Below are positions 52,002 to 64,000 of a stretch of DNA of 64,000 bases, one piece after another. The notes beneath the pieces are model-generated. The model was given only the letters and a program-made list of their open reading frames with translations, did no database searches and was not told the origin of the DNA. Source of the stretch: Octopus sinensis (lineage: Eukaryota); assembly GCF_006345805.1 (NCBI RefSeq), contig NC_043011.1, forward strand, positions 4,092,001 to 4,156,000, in the 5' to 3' direction. The position numbers and the translations under genes were made by a program. Positions within the stretch are counted from its first letter, which is position 1, and each line of letters opens with the position of its first letter.

Positions 52002-52080
<79 letters not shown>
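49950..52080. repeat. Tandem duplication, unit about 1059 bp
   Basis: 50353 and 51412 start identical text; boundaries lie in (CT)n(CA)n tracts. Confidence 0.9.
49990..50252 (+). mobile_element. RTE 3' UTR-derived element (duplicated at about 51050-51312)
   Basis: Same homology, (GAT)n tail. Confidence 0.8.
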
Positions 52081-52082
<2 letters not shown>

Positions 52083-52279
52083 TTCATGCTGATTTGTAAT
52101 TGGTCAGACTATGCCAGAAGCTATAAATTTTGTCTAATTTTTTTAAGTATTTGTATTTTCCTGATATCAGTTTTTTCTAAACGTGTTCATGTTTCTGTTT
52201 ATTTGTTTGAATTGTCTGTCAAGCTTGTGTTTAAAGATCATTCTTTCTTTCATTTCATATATGTATATATATATATATG

Positions 52280-52338
<59 letters not shown>

Positions 52339-52530
52339 AGATTTTATGAAAAAAACAAAAGACGAAGACAGGTAGTGTACAAAACAAACAGATGTATTAG
52401 TATAATGCTCTGTGTGTGTGTGTATATATATATATGCACACACACATATATATATATAAGCACATATATGTGAAAGAAGGTGGAAAAAATAGTACTCAAA
52501 TACCAAAGGTAGAGTAATATGCTTAATTAG

Positions 52531-52583
52531 AAAAGCAGCAAAAATATCACAAAAACAGTTTTTGTGATATTTTGGCTGCTTTT
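52531..52583. repeat. 25-bp hairpin with 3-nt loop
   Basis: aaaagcagcaaaaatatcacaaaaa cag tttttgtgatattttggctgctttt, 1 mismatch. Confidence 0.9.
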
Positions 52584-53463
52584 TTTAATAAAGTATATAT
52601 ATATATCAAAACAGGAGATTTGGAGATTTTTTTATTATTGTTAATTCACCATTACACATGTTTCATTTGCTAATAGGAGTTACAAAATTGTACATGTAAC
52701 AAAAACATGTAAGATATCATCTATTAGAATTCTTCAGACAGAGAAGCAAATAATACCAGGACACAACTTGGATTATAATCACATCTGCACACTATGTGTG
52801 TGTGTATGTGTGTGTGTGTATGTGTGTGTGTGTGATAATCATCATCATTTTACATCTACCATCCATGCTGGCATAGACTGGATGACAGGTCATTTCTACT
52901 CTCTTAGATGAGTCAGGCAATCACATCTAACTCCTAATTTTTATTTTTGGCCTGGTTTCTATAGTTGGATGCCCTTCCTAACCCCGGTCACATCACAGAG
53001 TGTACTGAATGCACATTTTCCTGGCACCATCAAGAGAGAAGCTGTTATGTCTTAGACAAAATTAAACAGTTCTCACAATCCTACTACATTTAACATGGTG
53101 TACTCAAGGTACTTTATCATTACACCAGTACTGCCCATTACTCTCTCAGGAGTGAGAGAGTTATAGACAGCAAAAAGTGGATAAATGGTGAGAGCGAGTG
53201 ATGGCTGTGAACTCACATCTCAAAATGGGGAAAGTGCTGGTGAGACAGGGCTAAGAGAAGGAGGAGTAGAATGTTGGTGAGAGAGTCTGAGAGAATTCAT
53301 GGTGAATTCACTTAGGAAGCAATGCACATTAAGCCAGAATGATCGTGATGTGGGAAGAGGAAACAGTGATTGGGAGTTGATCTATAGTGGCTTGAGTAAA
53401 GACACACACACACACATACACAGATATACATAAACATATATATACATATACATACACACACTC

Positions 53464-53507
<44 letters not shown>

Positions 53508-53554
53508 ACGCACACACACACATATCTATATACCAGGTTATTAGTATTGCAAAA

Positions 53555-53660
53555 GGACTCTCTTTCAGAGTGAAAGGTAGATTGTATGATGCTTGCGTGA
53601 GAACAGCTTTGTTACATGGTAGTGAGACATGGGCTCTGATTGTGGAGAACATGTGTAGGA
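53555..53660 (+). mobile_element. Short RTE RT fragment
   Basis: Translates LSFRVKGRLYDACVRTALLHGSETWAL, near-identical to part of the 7435-9300 ORF. Confidence 0.75.
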
Positions 53661-53745
53661 GTTACAGAATAAGTAGGAATATTATGGGTTAAGGTAATCA
53701 GTGATAGTTGGTGGTTCAAATGCAAGCAAGACAGAATCATATCTG

Positions 53746-55028
53746 TTGGGTCATCCCATAAATTATGCGTTTTTTTTTTATACTTCTTTTATTTTTCAAA
53801 ATTAAGATAAACTAAGTTCTTTTTTAGTCTAAAATATACTCTCCTTCATTTTCTACAATGCTCTTCCATCTATCTGATGGACTTGCAAAGTCCCTCTTCC
53901 AAAATTCACTTATCTGTGATGAAAAATACTTCTCCAATACTTTTCTGACCTTGTCTACAGAATTCATATTTCTTCTGTCCAAAGGATTTTGAAGACTGGA
54001 ATAAATGATAATCAGATTCGGTAATATTCAGTGAATATAGTGGGTGGGGCATCGTTTCCCATTCAAACTGCTCCTACCTTTGGAATATCATCCTCACTGT
54101 ATGTGGCTGAGCATTATTCTGATGGAAGAACACCTTTTGTTTTGAAACCAAAGATGGTCGTTTTTCTTCTAGCACTGACTGAAGCCGCTCAAGCTGCTTG
54201 CAGTAGATCTCCCTTGTTATCATCTGGATTGAGTTTAAAAGTTCAAAGTGGACTAAACCTTTCATATCCCATCATACAGATAACAACACCTTGAGCGGGT
54301 GAAGATTTCCTCTAGCCTGGGGTGCCGTTGTTTCTCCGGTCCATACCCACTGTCCTCGGTGCTTGACATTTTTATAGAGAGCCCATTTTTTATCACCAGT
54401 CACTATTCGATCCAAAAAATATTCATTCATGAGATGTGACAGCAAAGGAGAGCTCACATTCACACTTTGCATGCGATTAGACTTGGAAAGTTGGTGAGGA
54501 ACCCACTGACCCAATTTGCTGATTTTTCCCATGGCACAGGTGTCAATAAATGGTTGAATGACCAAATCCAAGCCTCTCTACTAGTTCCTCAACAGTTACG
54601 ATGAGATTTTGTTCCACCAGGGTTTGCAGGACATCCTCATCAAGCTCTACAGATTTCCCAGATTGAGGCTCAACTTCTCGGCTGTAGTTTCTGGCTCAGA
54701 GTTTCTGGAACCACCATTGACATAGGCTTACATTTATTATCCAATCCCCATATTCTGCATTAATATTCCTTGCAACATAAACCAATATCCCTTTATTGAA
54801 CTCATAAAGCAAAATATGCCAAATATTCTCCTTTGCCACTTCCATTATATCTTTGAAAAAACAACTTTTAAAATCAAACAGCACTCTTCAAAACTTGCAC
54901 TAAGAATAAGTACAAGGTAAAATTACTACCTGCTTTTATAGCAAGTTGATGCAGGTAGTTTATCCTGTCCCCTCTGACTTTTAGTTCATGCTGTTGCAAA
55001 AAACCACACTATTTATGGGATGACCCAA
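53746..55028 (-). mobile_element. Full-length degenerate mariner element (about 1.28 kb)
   Basis: TIR ttgggtcatcccataaat at both ends, flanked by TG/TA. Broken transposase: MEVAKENIWHILLYEF, WVPHQL, IVTGDKKW, HQNNAQPH, then ESDYHLF-like and EGEYIL segments. Confidence 0.92.
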
Positions 55029-55406
55029 TATGTATGTGCGTGTGTGTATATATATGTGTGTGTGTATGTGTGTTGTGTATGGGTATGTGAATACCTTTGT
55101 GTGTCTGTCTCTGCATGTCTTTCCATTGACAGCACTTGGAAAGCAGGGATATTGGTTTATGTTGCAAAACTTGGTCGTTCAACATGCAAAAGTGAAAGGA
55201 GTAGAGTGGTTTACATGAAAGCACGTCAGGATTAGTGCAAGGAAGGGCCTCCATCTGCAATGAGAAATCTCATCTGACCATGCTAGCACGCATAAAATGG
55301 ATGTAAAAATGATGGCAATGATGACAGTAATGATAGAGGTAGTGATGGAGGTAGCTATAGTAGCTGTGATTTCATCTGTGTGTGTATCTGTATGTATATA
55401 TATATG

Positions 55407-56254
55407 CAGGGTACAGTGAATATATTGTTGTCTAAATTATGTGGAAATGAAATAACTCTGACATCTCATTTTAACAGATATATTTACCAAAATTACATAA
55501 AAAAGTCTTGAAATACTGAAGAGTAAATTTATTCTATAAAATTGTCATTGGCTTCAACCACGGCCTCCAAATGACTTCAGATTCTTCTGCAACACTTCTG
55601 GATGGTCTCCTTGTTTAAGTTGGTGAATGCTGCCATAATCCTTGTCTTCAGTTCATCTTTGGTGTTACAAAGATTTTTGTTGATCTCTCGCTCAACTGTG
55701 CATCACACATAATAATCAAGGGGGTTGCAGTCTGGGAAGTTAGGTGACCAGATGTTAGGGGTGATGTGGTTGCAGAAATTGTCTGACATCTCCTGCTTGT
55801 GTGGCATGGTGCAGATTCCAGCAGCCACCCTTTTGACCCAGAGCAGCACTAACACCTCCAGGCACTTGATGTAGGCCTCCGTCTTGAGTATGAGGTTGTG
55901 TGGGAAGACAAATGGTGGCATAACATCACTTTCACTTGTTATCACTCCAAACACCATGATGTTGACTGGCTGTTTGAATTTGATTACTCCTGCTACATGT
56001 TTTGGGAACACAACAAGTCAACGGTTGTTCTGTGTGTTCACCATCTGTCTATATTGCAGCTTCCAGTGTGAATGTCAAGCAGTACAGTATGTTGTTTTCA
56101 AATTTCTGGTAGAGTGAATTGTGCCATGGTGCTGTTTTTCTCACAGATGGTGCCCATCTGATCCTACTATACTGTGTATTTAATAAAATCAAAAACAATG
56201 TGCATGTGTGAAATGAAAAATATAAAATGGCAACAATCTATCCACTGCACCCTC
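55407..56254 (-). mobile_element. Internally deleted Tc1/mariner element, DD37D (maT)-like
   Basis: TIRs cagggtacagtgaatatattgttg / caacaatctatccactgcaccct. ORF 55703-56011 contains IMVFGVIT, MPPFVFP and WSPNFPDCNPLDYYV. Confidence 0.8.
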
Positions 56255-56375
56255 TCCATTACAAAAGACCATAATCATCAGATGAGAAGTAATTTTACAA
56301 ACAGGGATGTGCCTGGAGTCTGTTGAGGCCAACTATGTAATGGAAGAATGACCAACTATGTTGTCCGTTGAGGTT

Positions 56376-56433
<58 letters not shown>

Positions 56434-57014
56434 TATATACAATGGGCTTCTTTCAGTTTTTGTCTATCATATCCGCTCACAAGGCTTTGGTTGGCCCGAG
56501 GCTATAGAAGACACTTGCCCAAAGTCCCACACTGGGACTGAACCCAGAACCATGTGATTGAGAAGCAAGCTTTTTGCAACACATGCATCATCATCATCCT
56601 CATCATCTAATGTCCATTTTCCATGCTAGCATGGGTTAGATGGTTTAACAGGAGCTGGCAAACTGGAGGGATGCACCAGGCTCAAGTCATCTGTTTTGGA
56701 ATGGTTTCTATGGCTAGAAACCCTTTCAAATGCCAAACAGTTTAAAGAGTCTACTGGGGAACTTTGATGTGGCACCAACACAGGTGCTGTTTATGTGGTC
56801 CTAGCATGAATGTTTTGTTATGTGAGGCCAGCACAGGTACTTTTTTACGTGATACTGGCTTGGGTGCTTTTATATGTGACACTAGTACAGGTGCTTTTAT
56901 ACGTGGGGCTGGTATGGATGCGTTGTTACTTGGCACTGACTTGGATGCCTTTTACATGGTGCAGGCATAGGTGTTCCCTAAATGGTGCTGCCACGAGTAC
57001 TTTGTGATACCTAT

Positions 57015-57240
57015 TTCTTTATTACCCACAAGGAGCTAAACACAGAGGGGACAAACAAGGACAGACATAGGTATTAAGTCGATTACATCGACACCAGTGC
57101 GTAACTGGTACTTAATTTATCAACCCCGAAAGGTTGAAAGGCAAAGTCGACCTCGGCAGAATTTGAACTCACAACGTAACGGCAGACAAAATACCGCTAA
57201 GCATTTCGCCCGGCGTGCTAACATTTCTGCCAGCTTGCCG
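57015..57240 (-). mobile_element. SINE family C
   Basis: Reverse-complement homology to 1123-1355. Other copies at 27145-27290 (+, partial) and 63810-64000 (-). Confidence 0.85.
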
Positions 57241-57712
57241 TGCTTTTATATGTGATACCAGCATGAGTGCTTTGTACACAACACCTGTATGGGTGCCTCA
57301 TACATAAAATCAACACAGATGTTTTTTACATGATGCTAGCACATGTTTTTTCTTTGCGACACCAGTTTGGGTGCCTTTTACATGGTACCAGTGCCCGTGG
57401 GATCACTAAGTTGCTTGCAAGACAAGTATGTGTTAGCTGAGAGAGGGAGAGAAATTGAGAGAAGTTACTGTGTGTCAGGCAAAAGGTTGGAGTATGATAG
57501 AGGGACATAGATAGTTGTCTTATTAAGAGAAGGTACTATGCTACACCATTTGGATAAGGAAGGAGAGGATGGGATAGAGTGGGGAGTAAGATAGAGAAAG
57601 TTAGAGAGAGATTGAGAGGGCCTACTCACCGGGTACAGTGTGTAAGGAGTATGAGTAGCACAAAGGGTATAGAGAGGAAGTATCATAAGTGTGTAAGGGG
57701 AGGTATTTAGTG

Positions 57713-57743
<31 letters not shown>

Positions 57744-58018
57744 ATATGTATGTATGTATCATCATCATCATCATCATCGTTTAATGTCCGTTTTCCATGC
57801 TATCATGGGTTGGACGGTTCGACCAGGGTCTGGGAAGCCAGGAGGCTGCCCCAGGCTCCTGTCTGATCTGGCAGTGTTTCTACAGCTGGATGCCCTTCCT
57901 AACACTAACCACTCTGTGAGTGTAGTGGGTGCTTTTTACGTTCCACCAGCACAGGAGTCAGAGGAGGCTATATATACCTACATACATACATACATACATA
58001 CACACATACATGTATGTA

Positions 58019-58055
<37 letters not shown>

Positions 58056-58724
58056 ATATTTGTGTACATATATGTATAAGAAAATGTTAAACTACATCTA
58101 AGATAAGACCACTGCAGTGTACTGAAGATTGAACCATAACTGTAAATCTTAAAACCTATTTGTAGAGGAAACATTAAACATGATATTTTCTATGCAGATA
58201 TTCAAAATAGGATAGACTTAGGTTATGTAAGGAAACCAAGAAATGGTTCTAACATATATTACATAATTCTGTAGATAGCATATGGCCTTTATACTGTAAC
58301 ATGTTCTAGCATAGAACTGTTCGGAAACTAATTTTGATATTAAAGTCATGGATGATGAATAATGTTACAACAGGTAGATCCATCAAATGCTTCATCATTT
58401 TCACAGAAATAAATGTAGGATGGTTTTAAAGATATCTGTATTAATCCAAATATTAGCTGCAAAAGAAAAACATATATTATCTAAGACATCAACATGGATC
58501 TTACCTATTTTATTGAATCTTATGTAATAGAAACATTTCAGATTATATATGAAAGGTGCAAACCTTTCACCTTTGCTTCAAGTTGATGTAGGATTCGGAT
58601 TCTGGATGATTTGAGTACTGTAGGCAATATGCATGCTGAAATTAAATATTTTCTACATATTGGCTTACATCATGACAGCAGCAACAAAAATGATGGACAG
58701 CTATTAAAAATAGATAAAATAAAT

Positions 58725-58834
58725 ATAAATAGATATTTTTATCCACCCATCCATCCCTCTATCCATCCACCCATCTGTCTGTCAGTCTCTCTATTTCTCC
58801 ATTCATTTGTTCCATCATAAGACTTGAATGATTC

Positions 58835-58877
<43 letters not shown>

Positions 58878-59193
58878 TACATATATGTGTGTGTGTAAAT
58901 ATATATATGTATGTACATTATATACGTATATATGTATGTAAGTATGTATGTATGTATGTATGTATATGTACATATCAGTCTGTCTTTTGGTATTTATATA
59001 TATGTGTGTGTGTCTGTGCTTGCATGTGTATAAAATATTATTAAGCAAGAAAATGGAGATACTTAATGGATATATATATATATGTATGTATATATATATA
59101 TATATATATATATGAATCATTCAAGTCTTATGATGGAACAGATGAATGGAGGGACTGATGGATGGACGGATGGATAAAAATATTTGATATTTA
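58725..59193. repeat. Inverted repeat flanking a microsatellite spacer
   Basis: 58797-58836 and 59112-59151 are reverse complements with 1 mismatch in 40; looser pairing extends outward. Confidence 0.85.
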
Positions 59194-59295
59194 TAATATA
59201 TTTATTGAAGAGATATCTCTTCACAGTATAATATATTAAACCAGTATAACTTTGATGGAACCATCCCTATAAGAGGTTTCTATATTCTCACATTG

Positions 59296-59332
<37 letters not shown>

Positions 59333-59400
59333 TAGTAATAATAATAATAATAATAATAAAAAGTGACAAGAAAAGAATGAGATCTTGATATTAAATAAAT

Positions 59401-59609
59401 GGTTCTAGGTAAATTCCACTGTGGAAAATTCCACTACGAAAAATTCCACCAGGTAAATTTCACCATTTTATATTCCACCATTGTAAATTCCACCCATGGA
59501 ATGATTTCCAATATAAGCTGCTCCCGCTAGTAATCACCATGGTCAGTTTCTCTAGACCATGAGTCAATACCTGTTTTATTTAATCTGTGTCTCACAATTC
59601 TTAAAAAGT

Positions 59610-59650
<41 letters not shown>

Positions 59651-60496
59651 TTTGAAGGTGAGATAGAAAATAATCTTAATAATCTAATTGAACTGAGATG
59701 GGATCACTTTACGGTATTCCCATCAAGCAAGAATCTATGGAAAACACCCATCACAATATTTCAAAAATAATATAATTTGGGATAAAGAAAGAAAAGATTA
59801 AATTTTAGCTCACATTTTATTATAAAAATAGGATAAAAAAATAACAGTGAAGCATTGCAATACTTCTTAAAAATTGCAGAGGTTTTTCATTTTGATATTC
59901 CTGAACTAGCTTCTTCAGCCATGCATCAATAATTTCATAGGTCTTTCTTTGTTGTTGTTGTTGTGTTGAGTCTCCACATCGAATGTGTGCAATTTTTGTC
60001 TGGCTTAATCCTTTCTCAGCTTTGAGGGCAGTGCATAGTTTCCACAAATTTGGATGTGTGGATGTTAGTGATGAGCGCAAAGCATTGTGGAACCCTTCTA
60101 AAGAATTATCTGATCCTGGCAAGTCCTTTAAGACACGTTCACGTACATTCCAGAGATCTATAGGAAAATGTGGAGTTTCTCTTCGCCGAGGAGGACTGCA
60201 CCCCCCGTACAATCCCAATGTATGTAATTTCAAAATAGGGGATAAACTCAGAAGGGATGTCTTCATCATCAGACATGTCTTCAAATACATTGACAATGTC
60301 TTCAATATATTTTTTGTATTCATTATTTTTTATGTGTTCTTTTTTTATTTCCATAATATCGTAACCCATATGATGATGGTGGTGGTGGTGGTGGTGGTGG
60401 CTGTTGTTGTTGTTGTTGTTGTTTCACCTATGGTGGAATATACAGCAGGGGAATTTTCCATGTTGGAATTTACCACAGTAGAATTTACTTGTCACC
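59401..60496 (-). mobile_element. Internally deleted Mutator-like (MULE) element
   Basis: Inverted ends built from aaattccac(c) repeats. Transposase C-terminal remnant YFEITYIG / FPIDLWNVRERV / DNSLEGFHN / HPNLWK with a frameshift. No clean TSD. Confidence 0.75.
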
Positions 60497-60532
60497 AGAT
60501 AAATAAAATATTATTTATAAATGTTCTAAACT

Positions 60533-60580
<48 letters not shown>

Positions 60581-60669
60581 TATATATATTTCCTTTTTAC
60601 TTATTTCATTTATTAGACTATGATATGCTGAGGCACTGCATATATATATATATATATATATATACATAC

Positions 60670-60707
<38 letters not shown>

Positions 60708-60711
<4 letters not shown>

Positions 60712-61121
60712 GTAAGTAGCTGTTTACCAACCACATGGTTCCGGGTTCAGTCCTACTGCGTGGCACCTTGGGCAAGTGTCTTCTACTATAGCCTCGGGCC
60801 GACCAAAGCCTTGTGAGTGGATTTGGTAGACGGAAACTGAAAAGAAGCCCGTCGTATATATTTGTATATATATGCGTGTGTGTTTGTGTGTCTGTGTTTG
60901 TCCCCCTAGCATTGCTTGACAACCGATGCTGGTGTGTTTATGTCCCCGTTACTTAACGGTTCGGCAAAAGAGACTGATAGAATAAGTACTGTCTTACAAA
61001 AAGAATAAGTCCCGGGGTTGAGTTGCTCGATTGAAGGCGGTGCTCCAGCATGGCCGTAGTCAAATGACTGAAACAAGTAAAAGAGTAAAGAGATATATAT
61101 ATATATATATATATAATATAT

Positions 61122-61193
<72 letters not shown>

Positions 61194-61577
61194 GTAAGTA
61201 GCTTGTTTACCAACCACATGGTTCCGGGTTCAGTCCTACTGCGTGGCACCTTGGGCAAGTGTCTTCTACTATAGCCTCGGGCCGACCAAAGCCTTGTGAG
61301 TGGATTTGGTAGACGGAAACTGAAAAGAAGCCCGTCGTATATATTTGTATATATATGCGTGTGTGTGTTTGTGTGTCTGTGTTTGTCCCCCTAGCATTGC
61401 TTGACAACCGATGCTGGTGTGTTTATGTCCCCGTTACTTAACGGTTCGGCAAAAGAGACTGATAGAATAAGTACTGGTCTTACAAAAAGAATAAGTCCCG
61501 GGGTTGAGTTGCTCGATTGAAGGCGGTGCTCCAGCATGGCCGTAGTCAAATGACTGAAACAAGTAAAAGAGTAAAGA
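60708..61577 (+). mobile_element. Two near-identical tandem SINE family A copies (60708-61090, 61190-61577)
   Basis: Offset about 483 bp; both share private variants (tgtttaccaacc, cagtcctactgcg, ttgaaggcgg). Confidence 0.9.
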
Positions 61578-61583
61578 GATATA

Positions 61584-61639
<56 letters not shown>

Positions 61640-62371
61640 TATATATATATATATTATGTAAATCTAATGAACAGCTACAGAATACTTTAGCTTAGATTCA
61701 AAACTGTATCTGCATTTTCCCACATTGTCAAACGTCCAACCCATGCTAGCATGGAAAGCGGATGTTAAACGACGACGATGATGATGATGATGTTCACAGC
61801 CTATTTTCTTAGCCTTTCTTCACTGAAAGATTAATGAGAACGAACTGACCTCTCAGGACTTTTTCCAAGGCATTCAAGGGCCATAAATGATATAGTGAAG
61901 AATGCCATTGTTCTCATTTGACCTAATTAAATTAGAGAAGTTATAAATATACAAGCAAATATCGGTTGGCCTCTCTCAGTGATCTGGCATCGGGCTGAGG
62001 AGTGAGCGTTTTCTTTTGCTTTGGATCGACCAGTCTCATGGTCAAAGAGCAACTGTTCTCTGCATGTTGATCAGTGTGTGAAGGTAGACTCTATCTGCAC
62101 ACATTCCTTCTATTCTGTCTTTCTCACTAACACGCATAGAGATGAAACTGCTATCTATCGTACAGAATGGACTGGAGATCTATCAACAATTGGTGCACAC
62201 ACCAAAACCTCAACAAAGTTGTACCTATTTTATATATTGTAATGACTAATATTATAAGCATATCTATATTAAATGGCCACATTAATAATGAAATAATATT
62301 TCTCATTCATTCATTTCTGATCTGCATTCATAAGATAAAATTTCCTAGTTATATTTCTTTATTTTTTATAT

Positions 62372-62735
62372 ATCAGTTTCAGTCATTAAACTGTGGCCAT
62401 GCTGGGGCATTGCCTTGAAAAAATTTTAGTCAAATGTATCGATCTCAGTACTTATTTTTTTTAAAAGCCCAGTACTTATTCTATTGGTCTCTTTTACTGA
62501 ACTGCTATGTTACATGGACTTGTACACACCAGTACTGGTTGTCGAGTAGTAGTGAGGAATAGCAGACACAAAACACACATGCACACATACGATAGGCTTC
62601 TTTCAGTTTCCGTCTACCAAATCTATTCACAAGGCCTTGGTCAGCCTGAAGCCATAGTAGAAGACACTTGCCCAAGGTGCCATGCAGGACTGAACCTTGA
62701 TGTGGGGAAGGAAGCTTCAAATAAAACAGCCATGC
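62372..62735 (-). mobile_element. SINE family A, diverged
   Basis: Reverse-complement homology. Further partial copies at about 24855-25125, 25635-25740 and 56443-56580. Confidence 0.75.
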
Positions 62736-62871
62736 CTGTATGTATGTATGTATGTATATGTATATACATATGCAGCCATGCCTATGTGTAAGTATATATT
62801 TATATATATATATATATATATCTATACATACATACATACATGTACATACATACATATACATACATACATAC

Positions 62872-62923
<52 letters not shown>

Positions 62924-63093
62924 TTGTATATGCATGTACGTGTGTTTGTGTGTAAGAAAATTCTTGAATCAAAGATCAAGGAGACCAGAAATACAAGAAG
63001 ATTCTTTATGAGCTAAATATAACTGGAGCAAAATTATATATTATTATTTTATAGAATTGATGTATTATCAAAGAATCTTCACTTTTGCCCATT

Positions 63094-63124
<31 letters not shown>

Positions 63125-63287
63125 TCACACATACACACACACACACTCACACACACAGACACACACACACACACATTGACAGCTTCAGTCTTAATCCATT
63201 CATTCATTTTTGACTTGAGGAAAAATCTCTGTTTGTACAAGTATTCCACCTTAAATTTTTTCGTTATTTCCTCCTCCATTGTTCTAA

Positions 63288-63810
63288 ATCATCATCATCA
63301 TCATCATCATCATCGTTTAGCGTCCGCTTTCCATGCTAGCACGGGTTGGACGGTTCGACCGGGGATCTGGGAAGCCAGAAGGCTGCACCAGGCTCCAGTC
63401 TTATCTGGCAATGTTTCTACAGCTGGATGCCCTTCCTAACACCAACCACTCCGTGAGTGTAGTGGGTGCTTTTTATGTGCCACCCGCACGGGTGCCAGGC
63501 GAGGCTGGCAACGGCCACGGTCAGATTGGTGCATTTTACATGCCACCGGCACGGAAGCCAGTCGAGGCGGCGCTGGCATCGGCCACGATTCGGATAGTGC
63601 TTTTTACCTACCACCAGTCCAGGGGTCCTGGCATCTGCCGGGTGCCAGTCATAGGATTGGTTCAATTTCAATTCTGATTCCGATTTCACTTGCCCCAACA
63701 TGTCTTCGCAAGCAAAGGCGGTTGTCATGGGTGCCTGTCGTCGGATGAGGTTCGATATCGACTTCGCTTGCCTCAACAGGTCTTTGTGTCCAAGGGAGGA
63801 AAGGCATGCA
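63288..63810 (-). mobile_element. RTE 3' UTR-derived element, nearly the whole UTR
   Basis: From the (CAT)n tail to gtgtccaagggaggaaaggcatgca, paralleling 6824-7390. More fragments lie at about 23870-24055, 41958-42103, 56587-57000, 57760-57966 and 61730-61792. Confidence 0.85.
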
Positions 63811-64000
63811 TATATTTCTTTATTGCCCACAAGGGGCTAAACATAGAGAGGACAAACAAGGACAGACAAAGGAATTAAATCGATTACATCGACTCCAGTG
63901 CGAAACTGGTACTTTTATTTATCGACCCCGAAAGGATGAAAGGCAAAGTCGACCTCGGCGGAATTTGAACTCAGAATGTAACAACAGACGAAATACCGCT

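Noticed and set aside
58505-58635. Minus-strand segment with good acceptor and donor
   Set aside because: All three frames contain stops over the full length.
59983-60816. 277-aa + strand ORF
   Set aside because: Antisense to the MULE remnant, then runs through microsatellite and SINE sequence.

Overview
AT-rich, repeat-dominated animal genomic DNA. The repeat types suggest a coleoid cephalopod, probably Octopus; this is inferred from memory of these repeats, with no database search. Most of the window is tRNA-headed SINEs (at least 4 families), 3' fragments of RTE LINEs and one 5'-truncated RTE with an intact RT. It also holds Penelope-like remnants, DNA-transposon relics (mariner, DD37D/maT-like, pogo/Tc2-like, Mutator-like, piggyBac- and Kolobok-like MITEs) and long microsatellites. 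Nearly all ORFs in the supplied track are artefacts of these repeats. Host-gene evidence is thin. The best case is one + strand exon (21924-22097) encoding a type II membrane anchor that resembles the N-terminus of M28B peptidases (GCPII/NAALADase family). There are also two weaker candidate first coding exons and a possible divergent promoter near 17.1-17.4 kb. I could not find the downstream exons. The most interesting signal is a short repeat at about 9840-10160 carrying two tandem minimal type I hammerhead-ribozyme folds that would release a roughly 186-nt RNA, a retrozyme-like layout. A second copy of that repeat family folds back at the predicted cleavage site. The window also has four tandem duplications with junctions in repeats (real events or assembly artefacts) and several inverted repeats.
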